Virus genome (UHGV): UHGV-0133874
Reading direction: 5' to 3' (one strand)
DNA length: 18,718 nucleotides
Origin: a virus
The position numbers and the translations under genes are program-made. A model generated the notes under the pieces. It saw only the letters and a program-made list of their open reading frames with translations. It was not told the DNA's origin and ran no database searches. Below, in pieces: positions 1 through 8,525 of this stretch (positions are counted from its first letter, which is position 1; each line of letters starts with the position of its first letter).

Positions 1-117
1 GGAACCGCCCGCGCGCTTGATGCGTTTATTGAGGGGATGACGCTGCATTTTGTCACCGACCGTAAGCCGCTATCGCGCGAGGAGATTTTGAGGATGGTTG
101 AGAGGGTTGCAGGGTAG
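1..117 (+). CDS. 3' end (last 38 codons, ...[12 protein letters not shown]) of a flanking gene, probably host; product not recognised
   Basis: Open frame runs in from the window edge to TAG at 115-117; lies outside the att repeat next to int. Confidence 0.4.
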
Positions 118-120
118 TAG

Positions 121-147
121 ATAAATTTTAGATAACAAAAAACCCAT
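121..147. repeat. Int-proximal copy of the 27-bp att core direct repeat (ATAAATTTTAGATAACAAAAAACCCAT)
   Basis: 25/27 identity with 18565-18591; located just past the integrase 3' end, as expected for a tyrosine-integrase prophage junction. Confidence 0.5.
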
Positions 148-162
148 TTATGTAAATGGGTT
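135..162 (-). terminator. Rho-independent terminator downstream of int (minus-strand sense)
   Basis: Perfect 10-bp stem AACCCATTTA / TAAATGGGTT (141-150 and 153-162) with 2-nt loop, followed on the minus strand by a T-run (plus-strand A-run 135-140). Confidence 0.45.
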
Positions 163-221
163 AGTGAAAACAACGACTTGCAAGATAATCAATAAGTTAG
201 GTTGGTGGTCAGTGGTGGTTA

Positions 222-1274
222 TTACGGGGTAATGCCAACCGCTGCCGCCACTTTGTCGCCACTTGGCAGCGTTGCCAGAGGATTGAAACGGAGCGCCGTT
301 TCCAGATGATCCGGTGCCAGATGTGCGTAACGCATAGTCATTTTTATATCGTGGTGTCCGAGAATTTTTTGTAAGGCCAGAATGTTTCCACCCGACATCA
401 TGAAGTGCGCCGCAAACGTATGGCGCAGAACGTGTGTGAGTTGACCGCGAGGGAGCACGATAGACGTTTTTTCCATCACGGATAAAAATTGAAAATAGCA
501 GTCTGTGAAGAAATTGAACCCATCAAGCGCCATGATCTCTTCGTAAAGCTCTTTACTGATAGGGATGCTTCTGTTTTTCTTCCCCTTCGTTCTTACAAAG
601 GTAATTCGGTATTTGGTCACCTGTGAACGAGTAAGATTTACGGCTTCTCGCCAGCGTGCGCCTGTGCTTAAGCATATCTTAACTACCAGTGCCAGAATTG
701 GGTCCTGACGTTTGCAATCAGCCAGTAATTCAACAATCTGCTCATGGGTAAGCCATGCCATCTCTTTTTCTGCGATGGTGAATTTTCGCATGTTCTCCAG
801 TGGGTTCGGATACGACCATTCGCCCAGGCGGGATAGTTCGCTAAAAACACTACTTAGATAGCTTTGCTCCAGGTTAATGGTGACCGGGCTTGCTCCTTTC
901 TTCCATTTCTCGCTGAAGTAGATCTCACCTGTCAGGCGTTTATCTCGATAGTGGGCAAACATTTTAGAGGTTAGATCAGTTGCAAGGGGATTGCCCAGAG
1001 CGTCAACCATCAGCAGCAATTTGTCATAGACATGCTGCCCAGCAGTCAGTGATTTACCATGTAGTTTGAACCATAGCTCAACCACGTCTTTCAGTGTTCG
1101 ACGATCCACTGATTCACCTAGCCAGGGCTTTGCTTCGGTTTCTTCCATCGTGTGACGCTCAAAAGCCAGTGCTTCGCCTTTGGTGGCGAATTGTTTACGC
1201 ACACGACGCCCACTACGTCCGGCGGGGTAACATTCGCAAAGCCATTTTCCTGTGGTGAGTTTTCGTACAGCCAT
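222..1274 (-). CDS. int: Tyrosine-type site-specific integrase (P2/186 Int family)
   Basis: 351-aa product from ATG at 1272-1274 (MAVRKLTTGKWLCECYP...); C-terminal HxxR...Y catalytic region (HVLRHTFAAHF...MRYAHL). The longer ORF-track start at 1352 is probably an upstream extension. Confidence 0.9.
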   Translation of the reverse strand: MAVRKLTTGKWLCECYPAGRSGRRVRKQFATKGEALAFERHTMEETEAKPWLGESVDRRTLKDVVELWFKLHGKSLTAGQHVYDKLLLMVDALGNPLATDLTSKMFAHYRDKRLTGEIYFSEKWKKGASPVTINLEQSYLSSVFSELSRLGEWSYPNPLENMRKFTIAEKEMAWLTHEQIVELLADCKRQDPILALVVKICLSTGARWREAVNLTRSQVTKYRITFVRTKGKKNRSIPISKELYEEIMALDGFNFFTDCYFQFLSVMEKTSIVLPRGQLTHVLRHTFAAHFMMSGGNILALQKILGHHDIKMTMRYAHLAPDHLETALRFNPLATLPSGDKVAAAVGITP

Positions 1275-1462
1275 AAAAAATGCCCTCCAATAGAGAGCAT
1301 TTTTACTGTATGTATAACCAGTGTCAATGTATGAAATCCTGCGACCATACATCTCACTGAAGCCATAATGAAGTAGGCTATTCTTTTTGCTATGTGATCA
1401 TGTAACTTTTGCGGTTAACCTGTGGCTCATTTTTATTTTAGGCGCAGATATAAAAGCAAAAG

Positions 1463-1654
1463 TTATCGTGAGTTTTTAGTACAGATTTTTTTGGATTTAC
1501 TAATAGTTCCATCATTGCAAACGAATTTGCCATCAGAGGTACAGTGAGAAACACCTCCCTTTTTCCCTGAGCAGGGATAATTTCTAGCATAGGTAGCTAG
1601 TGGGTTTAATAACAAAGAACATGACAAAACCACAAAAAATACCTTACCAAGCAT
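1463..1654 (-). CDS. Small (63 aa) predicted secreted peptide with N-terminal signal peptide and 4 Cys in the mature part; unknown function
   Basis: Hydrophobic N-terminus [23 protein letters not shown] with A-x-A-like cleavage site; GGAG 7 nt upstream of the ATG; AT-rich relative to neighbours; sits between cI and int on the same strand. Confidence 0.5.
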   Translation of the reverse strand: MLGKVFFVVLSCSLLLNPLATYARNYPCSGKKGGVSHCTSDGKFVCNDGTISKSKKICTKNSR

Positions 1655-1669
1655 AATTTTCTCCCGGTA

Positions 1670-2239
1670 CTATTTAACATACTTGACTGTTAAACTTATA
1701 ATTTTACCAATTATTTCAATGTCTTCTATCTTACATTCAAAGGCTCTGTTTCCACCCTCGACGAAGATTCTTCCACCGGGTAAACGAGTAATGTCACGGA
1801 TCGTTATTTCGCCATCAATACTTATTACCCATTTACCATCACGTATATCATCAAATTCCTTATCACAAATAAATTCAGAATTATTATCTGTGATTACAAA
1901 AAGATTCTTGAATGCCGACGGTAGAAATTCTCTATCGAAAATATAAAAACCGTCTTCACACAAGGCCCCATCAGATAATACATATTTAGCAACTTCCATA
2001 GTATTTGTATTACCTGAAGTTTGCTTTGAACCATGCCCGGTTGTGAGCCAATTAAGCGAGGTGCCTGTTTCAAGGGCGCACTGGATTACCCATTCTGCTG
2101 GGAATGAGTCACGCATGTAGCGTGTGGCGAGTGTACTTTTAGAGATTCCTAAATGATCGCACAACGCCTGTCGAGTCTTGAATCCATAAGCTTCTACCAT
2201 GCGCTCTATGGCGCCTCGTCCGCCTTTCTCCAAATTCAT
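1670..2239 (-). CDS. cI: 186-type CI immunity repressor (N-terminal HTH, C-terminal oligomerisation domain)
   Basis: 189-aa product from ATG at 2237-2239 with GGAG 5 nt upstream; size and position (divergent from apl/cII, upstream of int) match the 186 CI repressor. Confidence 0.85.
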   Translation of the reverse strand: MNLEKGGRGAIERMVEAYGFKTRQALCDHLGISKSTLATRYMRDSFPAEWVIQCALETGTSLNWLTTGHGSKQTSGNTNTMEVAKYVLSDGALCEDGFYIFDREFLPSAFKNLFVITDNNSEFICDKEFDDIRDGKWVISIDGEITIRDITRLPGGRIFVEGGNRAFECKIEDIEIIGKIISLTVKYVK

Positions 2240-2263
2240 GGTCACTCCAAGTGAACTTTTATC

Positions 2264-2292
2264 TTGACGATTTCACCGCGCGATCGTATGTT
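2264..2292 (+). promoter_or_regulatory. Candidate lytic promoter pR (-35 TTGACG, 17-bp spacer, -10 TATGTT) in the cI/apl switch region
   Basis: Sigma70-like hexamers read directly from the sequence, oriented towards apl/cII. Confidence 0.35.
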
Positions 2293-2364
2293 TATGGTGT
2301 TCACAAAATACAAACGATCCGTATTCGTCCTGATTAATCATCATTAAACGAGGAATGTTGCATC

Positions 2365-2586
2365 ATGAGACCTAACATTTCAATCACTCTTACCACGCCT
2401 CATGTGACTATTGAACGCTATAGCGAGCTGACAGGGCTATCCATCGATACCATCAATGACATGTTGGCTGATGGACGCCTTATCCGTCACCGTCTGCGCA
2501 AAGATAAAAAACGCGAAAAAGTGATGATCAACATAGCAGCAATGACCGTTGATGCGCTTTCAGAATGCAATCTAAACCTTAATTAG
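2365..2586 (+). CDS. Small HTH protein at the apl/cox position (putative excisionase and repressor of the lysogenic promoter)
   Basis: 73-aa ORF, first gene rightward of the switch region; assignment is mainly positional. Confidence 0.6.
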   Translation: MRPNISITLTTPHVTIERYSELTGLSIDTINDMLADGRLIRHRLRKDKKREKVMINIAAMTVDALSECNLNLN

Positions 2587-2618
2587 TTCGATTCTGAAAT
2601 ACATCAGAGGCATTGACC

Positions 2619-3128
2619 ATGTTTGATTACCAAGTTTCCAAACATCCACATTTTGATGAAGCCTGTCGTGCATTTGCACTGCGCCACAATCTGGTGCAAC
2701 TGGCAGAACGTGCAGGCATGAATGTGCAGATTCTGCGGAACAAGCTGAACCCAGCTCAGCCTCATTTATTAACCGCACCAGAAATCTGGCTGCTTACCGA
2801 TCTGACTGAAGATTCAACGCTGGTAGATGGTTTTCTGGCACAGATTCATTGTCTGCCATGTGTACCGATTAATGAGGTGGCAAAAGAGAAACTGCCACAT
2901 TACGTCATGAGTGCAACCGCAGAGATCGGGCGTGTTGCTGCAGGTGCGGTGTCTGGCGATGTAAAAACCTGTGCCGGTCGTCGTGATGCTATCAGCAGCA
3001 TTAACTCTGTAACACGACTGATGGCGCTGGCGGCTGTTTCATTGCAGGCCCGTTTACAGGCTAATCCTGCGATGGCGAGTGCAGTTGATACCGTGACTGG
3101 CCTCGGTGCTTCATTTGGTTTGCTGTGA
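2619..3128 (+). CDS. cII: 186-type CII lysogeny-establishment activator
   Basis: 169-aa product from ATG at 2619 (GAGG 8 nt upstream), the same length as 186 CII; positioned after apl. Confidence 0.8.
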   Translation: MFDYQVSKHPHFDEACRAFALRHNLVQLAERAGMNVQILRNKLNPAQPHLLTAPEIWLLTDLTEDSTLVDGFLAQIHCLPCVPINEVAKEKLPHYVMSATAEIGRVAAGAVSGDVKTCAGRRDAISSINSVTRLMALAAVSLQARLQANPAMASAVDTVTGLGASFGLL

Positions 3129-3135
3129 GGTGCTT

Positions 3136-3336
3136 ATGCTGACGAAAGAACCATCATTTGCATCGCTGCTGGTTAAACAAAGCCCGGCAATGCATTACGG
3201 TCACGGCTGGATCATGGGGGAGGATGGTAAACGCTGGCATCCGTGCCGTTCACAAGATGAATTGCTGGCAGAACTATCTACGAAAAAACGGGGGAACAAA
3301 TGGCTATTGAAGGCACTGCGGCGACTGTTCCATTAA
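3136..3336 (+). CDS. Small early-region protein, unknown function (position of 186 fil/dhr-type genes)
   Basis: 66-aa ORF from ATG at 3136 with GAGG 5 nt upstream, immediately after the cII stop. Confidence 0.5.
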   Translation: MLTKEPSFASLLVKQSPAMHYGHGWIMGEDGKRWHPCRSQDELLAELSTKKRGNKWLLKALRRLFH

Positions 3337-3641
3337 GCCCCGGTGAACGCCTGAATGGACTTAATCACATTGCGGAGTTAAGGGCGAAAGTTTTTGGCCT
3401 GAATATTGAGTCAGAGCTTGAGCGGTTTATTAAAGATATGCGTGATTCACGGGATATTAATAGCGAACAAAATAAACGGGCACTGGCTGCCATATTCTTT
3501 ATGGCAAAAATTCCAGCTGAACGTCATAGCATCAGCATTAATGAGCTGACCACTGACGAAAAGCGGGAGTTGATTAAAGCAATGAATCATTTTCGTGCAG
3601 TGGTGAGCTTATTTCCCAGACGGCTAACCATGCCGAATTAA
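3300..3641 (+). CDS. Early-region hypothetical protein
   Basis: 113-aa ORF, GGGGA upstream of ATG at 3300; overlaps the preceding ORF by 37 nt, so the true start may be further downstream. Confidence 0.5.
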   Translation: MAIEGTAATVPLSPGERLNGLNHIAELRAKVFGLNIESELERFIKDMRDSRDINSEQNKRALAAIFFMAKIPAERHSISINELTTDEKRELIKAMNHFRAVVSLFPRRLTMPN

Positions 3642-3708
3642 CCAACTAATGAAATTAATGGCGTAAACCCGCCGGGCATCCCTTTATCTAAATTCAGGAG
3701 AATTGATT

Positions 3709-3942
3709 ATGCGTAATATTGAAACCCTCTCGACCAAAACCGGACCGGATGACGCAGGGCTTAATATTTTACTGACAGAGGCTCGTCTGGAAGAACGCCG
3801 GGCAAGGGCTGAAGCAATGGCAGCTCGCCTTGATAGCCTGGCGTGTCATATCACATCCCGCCAGCTAACCCACGTCGAAGCGGCAGAACTGCTTCGTGTG
3901 ACTGCTGAAGCAATCCAGAACGAAGCGCAGGAGATCCACTAA
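3709..3942 (+). CDS. Early-region hypothetical protein (77 aa)
   Basis: ATG at 3709 with AGGAG 8 nt upstream; stop overlaps the next start (TAATG). Confidence 0.55.
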   Translation: MRNIETLSTKTGPDDAGLNILLTEARLEERRARAEAMAARLDSLACHITSRQLTHVEAAELLRVTAEAIQNEAQEIH

Positions 3943-4169
3943 TGGCTGATGCAATGGATCTCGTACAGCAGCGCGTTGAAGAAGAACGCCAACGCCATAT
4001 CCGTGCTGCCCGTGCCAAAACGCCGGGCGTGTCCCGCGTGCTTTGCATTGAGTGTGAAGCGCCAATTCCGCCAGCACGCCGCCGTGCCATTCCGGGTGTG
4101 CAGCTTTGCATTACCTGTCAGGAAATCGCAGAGCTGAAAGGCAAACATTACAACGGAGGTGCTGTATGA
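3942..4169 (+). CDS. TraR/DksA-family C4 zinc-finger protein (phage TraR-like)
   Basis: 75 aa with CxxC-N17-CxxC (CIECEAP...CITCQE); AGGAG upstream. Confidence 0.8.
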   Translation: MADAMDLVQQRVEEERQRHIRAARAKTPGVSRVLCIECEAPIPPARRRAIPGVQLCITCQEIAELKGKHYNGGAV

Positions 4170-5023
4170 GCACCATCCTGAAATGGGCGGGAAATAAAAC
4201 CGCCATTATGTCCGAACTGAAAAAACATCTTCCTGCTGGCCCGCGACTGGTTGAACCTTTCGCGGGTTCCTGTGCTGTGATGATGGAGACGGATTACCCC
4301 AGCTATCTTGTTGCGGATATTAATCCTGATTTAATCAACCTCTATAAAAAGGTTGCTGCTGATTGCAAGGCGTTTATATCTCGTGCCAGAGCTTTATTTG
4401 AGGAAGCAAACAGGGATGTGGCTTATTACAACATAAGGCAGGAGTTTAATTACTCCACTGAAATTACTGATTTCATGAAAGCGGTATATTTCCTGTATCT
4501 CAATCGTCATGGTTACCGTGGGTTATGTCGCTATAACAAGAGCGGGCATTTCAACATTCCGTACGGTAATTATAAAAATCCGTATTTCCCTGAAAAAGAA
4601 ATTCGCGCATTTGCAGAGAAAGCCCAGCGGGCAACGTTTATCTGCGCCAGCTTTGATGAAACGCTGGCGATGCTGCAGGTGGGGGATGTGGTGTATTGCG
4701 ATCCGCCGTATGACGGTACGTTTTCCGGCTATCACACTGATGGTTTCACTGAAGATGACCAGTATCACCTGGCATCCGTTCTTGAACATCGATCATCAGA
4801 AGGATATCCGGTCATTGTTTCTAACAGTGACACATCCCTGATCCGTTCGCTGTATCGCAATTTTACTCACCACTACATCAAGGCAAAACGCAGCATCGGT
4901 GTGGCAGCTGGTGAGAGTAAATCTGCAACAGAAATCATCGCTGTTTCCGGGCCGCGCTGCTGGGTGGGATTTGATCCTTCGCGTGGCGTGGATAGTTCAG
5001 CCGTGTACGGAGTACGTGCATGA
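4166..5023 (+). CDS. dam: DNA adenine methyltransferase, Dam family (probably GATC-specific, N6-adenine)
   Basis: 285-aa product aligns along its length with E. coli Dam as recalled: [15 protein letters not shown] (AdoMet motif), [19 protein letters not shown] catalytic motif; GGAGG 6 nt upstream of ATG 4166. Confidence 0.9.
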   Translation: MSTILKWAGNKTAIMSELKKHLPAGPRLVEPFAGSCAVMMETDYPSYLVADINPDLINLYKKVAADCKAFISRARALFEEANRDVAYYNIRQEFNYSTEITDFMKAVYFLYLNRHGYRGLCRYNKSGHFNIPYGNYKNPYFPEKEIRAFAEKAQRATFICASFDETLAMLQVGDVVYCDPPYDGTFSGYHTDGFTEDDQYHLASVLEHRSSEGYPVIVSNSDTSLIRSLYRNFTHHYIKAKRSIGVAAGESKSATEIIAVSGPRCWVGFDPSRGVDSSAVYGVRA

Positions 5024-7434
5024 GTCATGCCGATATGAACAACTGCTGCGGCTTTAACGAGGCTGCCGCAGCGTTCTCATGGAACAGCCCGAAAAAGGCC
5101 ATTAACCCTTATCTGGACCCGGCGGAAGTTGCGCCGGTTTCTGCGCTTTCAAACCTGATCACTCTGTACGCTGCCGATAACGAGCAGGAACAACTGCGCC
5201 GCGAGGCACTGAGTGATCAGGTCTGGGAGCGTTATTTTTTTAATGAATCACGTGATCCTGTCCAGCGCGAAATGGAGCAGGATAAGCTCATTAGCCGGGC
5301 AAAGCTGGCGCATGAGCAGCAGCGTTTTAATCCGGATATGGTCATTCTGGCGGACGTCAACGCCCAGCCTTCCCATATCAGCAAGCCGCTGATGCAACGT
5401 ATTGAATACTTCAGCAGCCTGTGCAGGCCAAAGGCTTATTCCCGCTATTTACGTGAGACAATTAAGCCATGTCTGGAACGACTGGAGCATGTACGCGACA
5501 GCCAGCTATCTGCATCTTTTCGTTTTATGGCAAGCCATGAAGGGCTGGACGGCCTGCTTATCCTGCCTGAAATGAGTCAGGATCAGGTGAAGCGCCTGTC
5601 TACCCTTGTCGCTGCGCATATGAGCATGTGCCTTGATGCCGCTTGTGGTGATTTGTATGCCACCGATGACGTTAAGCCAGAAGAAATCCGCAAAACATGG
5701 GAAAAGGTGGCAGCGGAAACCCTGCGTCTGGATGTTATTCCGCCTGCGTTTGAGCAACTCCGTCGGAAAAGAAACCGCCGTAAACCCGTGCCCTATGAAC
5801 TCATTCCGGGTTCGCTGGCGCGTATGTTGTGTGCCGACTGGTGGTATCGGAAATTATGGAAGATGCGTTGCGAATGGCGGGAAGAGCAGTTGCGTGCTGT
5901 CTGCTTGGTCAGCAAAAAAGCATCTCCCTATGTCAGCTATGAAGCCGTGATGCATAAACGTGAGCAGCGCCGTAAGTCGCTGGAGTTTTTCCGTTCTCAT
6001 GAACTGGTGAACGAAGACGGCGACACGCTGGACATGGAGGATGTGGTAAACGCCAGCAGCAGCAACCCGGCGCATCGCCGCAACGAGATGATGGCCTGTG
6101 TTAAAGGCTTGGAGCTTATCGCGGAAATGCGTGGTGACTGCGCCGTTTTCTACACCATCACCTGTCCGTCACGTTTCCATTCCACGCTAAATAACGGCAG
6201 GCCAAACCCGACCTGGACCAACGCGACAGTAAGACAAAGCAGCGATTATCTGGTCGGCATGTTTGCTGCATTTCGTAAGGCTATGCACAAAGCCGGGTTG
6301 CGCTGGTATGGCGTGCGGGTGGCTGAGCCGCATCATGACGGCACAGTTCACTGGCACCTGTTGTGTTTCATGCGCAAAAAAGACCGCCGCGCCATTACTG
6401 CATTGTTGCGTAAGTTTGCCATCCGTGAAGACCGCGAGGAGCTGGGCAATAACACGGGGCCACGCTTTAAGTCTGAGCTGATAAACCCGCGCAAAGGAAC
6501 GCCGACAAGCTACATTGCGAAATATATCAGTAAGAATATTGACGGGCGTGGTCTGGCTGGCGAGATCAGTAAGGAAACGGGTAAATCCCTGCGTGATAAC
6601 GCTGAATACGTTAATGCCTGGGCGTCTCTGCATCGTGTTCAGCAATTCCGCTTCTTTGGCATTCCGGGGCGTCAGGCTTACCGTGAACTGCGATTGCTGG
6701 CTGGTCAGGCGGCAAGGCAACAGGGTGACAAAAAAGCAGGTGCGCCGGTACTGGATAACCCGCGCCTTGATGCCATCCTGGCTGCTGCTGATGCTGGTTG
6801 TTTTGCCACTTACATCATGAAGCAGGGCGGCGTACTGGTTCCCCGCAAATATCACCTCATCAGAACCGCTTATGAAATAAACGAAGAGCCAACCGCCTAT
6901 GGCGATCACGGTATTCGTATTTATGGCATCTGGTCACCCATTGCAGAGGGCAAGATCTGCACTCATGCAGTGAAGTGGAAAATGGTTCGTAAGGCCGTTG
7001 ACGTTCAGGAGGCGGCAGCCGACCAGGGCGCTTGCGCCCCTTGGACTCGTGGCAATAACTGTCCCCTTGCTGAAAATTTGTACCAACAAGGGAAAGACAA
7101 ATCAGCTGATGGGGATACCAGAACGGATATCACCCGTATGGATGACAAGGAGTTGCACGATTACCTGCACAGTATGAACAAAAAAGAACGCCGGGAACTG
7201 GCTGCAAGGTTACGCCTGGTGAAACCGAAACGGCGTAGAGACTACAAACAGCGAATTACAGACCATCAACGACAGCAGCTCGTCTATGAACTGAAGTCCA
7301 GAGGATTTGATGGCAGCGAGAAAGAGGTCGATTTACTCCTTCGCGGCGGCAGTATTCCGTCAGGAGCAGGCCTGCGTATCTTCTATCGGAACCAGCGTTT
7401 GCAGGAAGATGATAAGTGGCGGGATCTGTATTAA
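5020..7434 (+). CDS. A: P2 gpA-type rolling-circle replication initiator (nicking endonuclease)
   Basis: 804 aa; HxH-type metal-binding motif ([10 protein letters not shown]) and tyrosine-containing active-site segment ([11 protein letters not shown]); start overlaps the dam stop (ATGA). Confidence 0.9.
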   Translation: MSHADMNNCCGFNEAAAAFSWNSPKKAINPYLDPAEVAPVSALSNLITLYAADNEQEQLRREALSDQVWERYFFNESRDPVQREMEQDKLISRAKLAHEQQRFNPDMVILADVNAQPSHISKPLMQRIEYFSSLCRPKAYSRYLRETIKPCLERLEHVRDSQLSASFRFMASHEGLDGLLILPEMSQDQVKRLSTLVAAHMSMCLDAACGDLYATDDVKPEEIRKTWEKVAAETLRLDVIPPAFEQLRRKRNRRKPVPYELIPGSLARMLCADWWYRKLWKMRCEWREEQLRAVCLVSKKASPYVSYEAVMHKREQRRKSLEFFRSHELVNEDGDTLDMEDVVNASSSNPAHRRNEMMACVKGLELIAEMRGDCAVFYTITCPSRFHSTLNNGRPNPTWTNATVRQSSDYLVGMFAAFRKAMHKAGLRWYGVRVAEPHHDGTVHWHLLCFMRKKDRRAITALLRKFAIREDREELGNNTGPRFKSELINPRKGTPTSYIAKYISKNIDGRGLAGEISKETGKSLRDNAEYVNAWASLHRVQQFRFFGIPGRQAYRELRLLAGQAARQQGDKKAGAPVLDNPRLDAILAAADAGCFATYIMKQGGVLVPRKYHLIRTAYEINEEPTAYGDHGIRIYGIWSPIAEGKICTHAVKWKMVRKAVDVQEAAADQGACAPWTRGNNCPLAENLYQQGKDKSADGDTRTDITRMDDKELHDYLHSMNKKERRELAARLRLVKPKRRRDYKQRITDHQRQQLVYELKSRGFDGSEKEVDLLLRGGSIPSGAGLRIFYRNQRLQEDDKWRDLY

Positions 7435-7503
7435 TTACGCGGGTTAACAATTCGTGCTCTTAATAATACCAGGCATATCAGGCTGATGAACGTAAAAAAA
7501 CGT

Positions 7504-7546
7504 TTTACATCAGTAAGATTATTATATACTGTAAATATAAACAGTG
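7504..7546 (+). promoter_or_regulatory. SOS-regulated promoter with LexA operator (CTGTAAATATAAACAG, 7529-7544)
   Basis: Near-consensus LexA box CTGT-N8-ACAG with AT-rich centre and TA/TG flanks, overlapping a -10-like TATACT (7525-7530), with -35-like TTTACA at 7504-7509. Confidence 0.7.
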
Positions 7547-7587
7547 GTTATGTGTACAGTATTGCTTGTGGTGTCATAGGAGGAAAA

Positions 7588-7776
7588 ATGCAGGACTATT
7601 TTTTGGAGTCTTTGAAGCTCCAGCGCATTGATTTTTTTCTTAAGCTTGTAGCGGCTAGTGAGTGTAGTGATGAAGAGAAGGGGCTGGCTCTGCAGTGGGT
7701 TTCTGAATTGACTGATGAACTCATGGCAAAAATCAGAAGCCACGAATACAACCGCTCAATGGATGTCATCAGCTGA
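7588..7776 (+). CDS. 62-aa ORF, first gene after the LexA box; possibly the N-terminal part of a disrupted tum-like antirepressor gene
   Basis: ATG at 7588 with AGGAGG 4 nt upstream; frame ends 10 nt before the DinI-like ORF, which is in the +1 frame. Confidence 0.5.
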   Translation: MQDYFLESLKLQRIDFFLKLVAASECSDEEKGLALQWVSELTDELMAKIRSHEYNRSMDVIS

Positions 7777-7786
7777 GGTGACTTTT

Positions 7787-8020
7787 ATGCGCATTGAAAT
7801 AATGATCGATAAAGAGCAGAAAATTAGCCAGTCTACCCTGGACGCCCTTGAATCCGAGCTTTACCGCAATCTGCGCCCCCTGTATCCCAAAACGGTAATT
7901 CGTATCCGCAAAGGTAGCTCTAACGGTGTGGAACTGACCGGACTGCAACTGGACGAAGAAAGAAAACAAGTGATGAAAATTATGCAGAAGGTGTGGGAAG
8001 ACGACAGCTGGCTGCATTAA
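7787..8020 (+). CDS. DinI-family protein (DinI / 186 Tum C-terminal-domain-like)
   Basis: 77 aa, MRIEIMIDKEQK...LDALESEL...KVWEDDSWLH matches E. coli DinI as recalled (MRIEVTIAK...IDALAGEL...ETWESADDWF); GAGGTG 6 nt upstream of the ATG. Confidence 0.75.
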   Translation: MRIEIMIDKEQKISQSTLDALESELYRNLRPLYPKTVIRIRKGSSNGVELTGLQLDEERKQVMKIMQKVWEDDSWLH

Positions 8021-8525
8021 GAAACGTTGCTGGCGTCTGAACTTGCTTCTGGCGTCAGCAAGGTTGAACAACGAGCTGTGCGAGGCGTTAGCCATCTGAT
8101 CAAAAGACATCAAATATCATATTGTATATCGTGGTCAAACGCTGGAAACTATCATTCCCGGTCAGAGGGGCTTCTTTCAATGTCCAAAAGAGTGAGATAG
8201 AGGATACAGGATGGGAAGAGCTTATGATGATTGTTCTTGGATTGACTTGGAATATTTGATGTCCATTATCTAATGGACTTGGTCTTGATAGTTATCACGA
8301 AAGAGGAAGCCAACGTCATGTATTTGAAGAGTATCTCTTACCTTTTGATTAATTATTGTCCAAGTTTTTCAAAAGCTTCTTATCTGGCGGTCGATACATG
8401 ATTTACTGTTGGATATGGTATTTAAAATTAATCTTTACACTGTGGTATATGCAGAATAGGATATTATCAATACAATCAAACCGTTTTCATACGGTTGTTA
8501 ATATTGCAATGTTATAGGTAATGTC

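Noticed and set aside
1118-1366. 82-aa and 60-aa ORFs overlapping the integrase 5' region, and the 376-aa extended integrase start at 1352
   Set aside because: The integrase N-terminus is better explained by the ATG at 1274; the extension and the overlapping frames have no RBS or protein-like features.
1683-1946. 87-aa plus-strand ORF
   Set aside because: Antisense within the cI repressor gene; low-complexity, AT-rich frame artefact.
3851-4148. Cluster of minus- and plus-strand ORFs (62-86 aa) around the TraR-like gene
   Set aside because: Overlap the well-supported TraR-like and upstream small genes in alternative frames; Arg/Ala-rich translations typical of GC-rich out-of-frame reads.
6187-6909. 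240-aa minus-strand ORF, and shorter ORFs at 5506-6075 and 6263-6820
   Set aside because: All lie within or antisense to the replication gene A coding region; A is continuous and well supported, so these are shadow ORFs.
8026-8063. Possible terminator hairpin just after the DinI-like gene
   Set aside because: The apparent symmetry is mostly a direct repeat of CTGGCGTC; only a 6-bp outer stem with a large loop and no following T-run.
7769-8113. 114-aa minus-strand ORF
   Set aside because: Antisense to the DinI-like gene, which has strong family resemblance and a good RBS.
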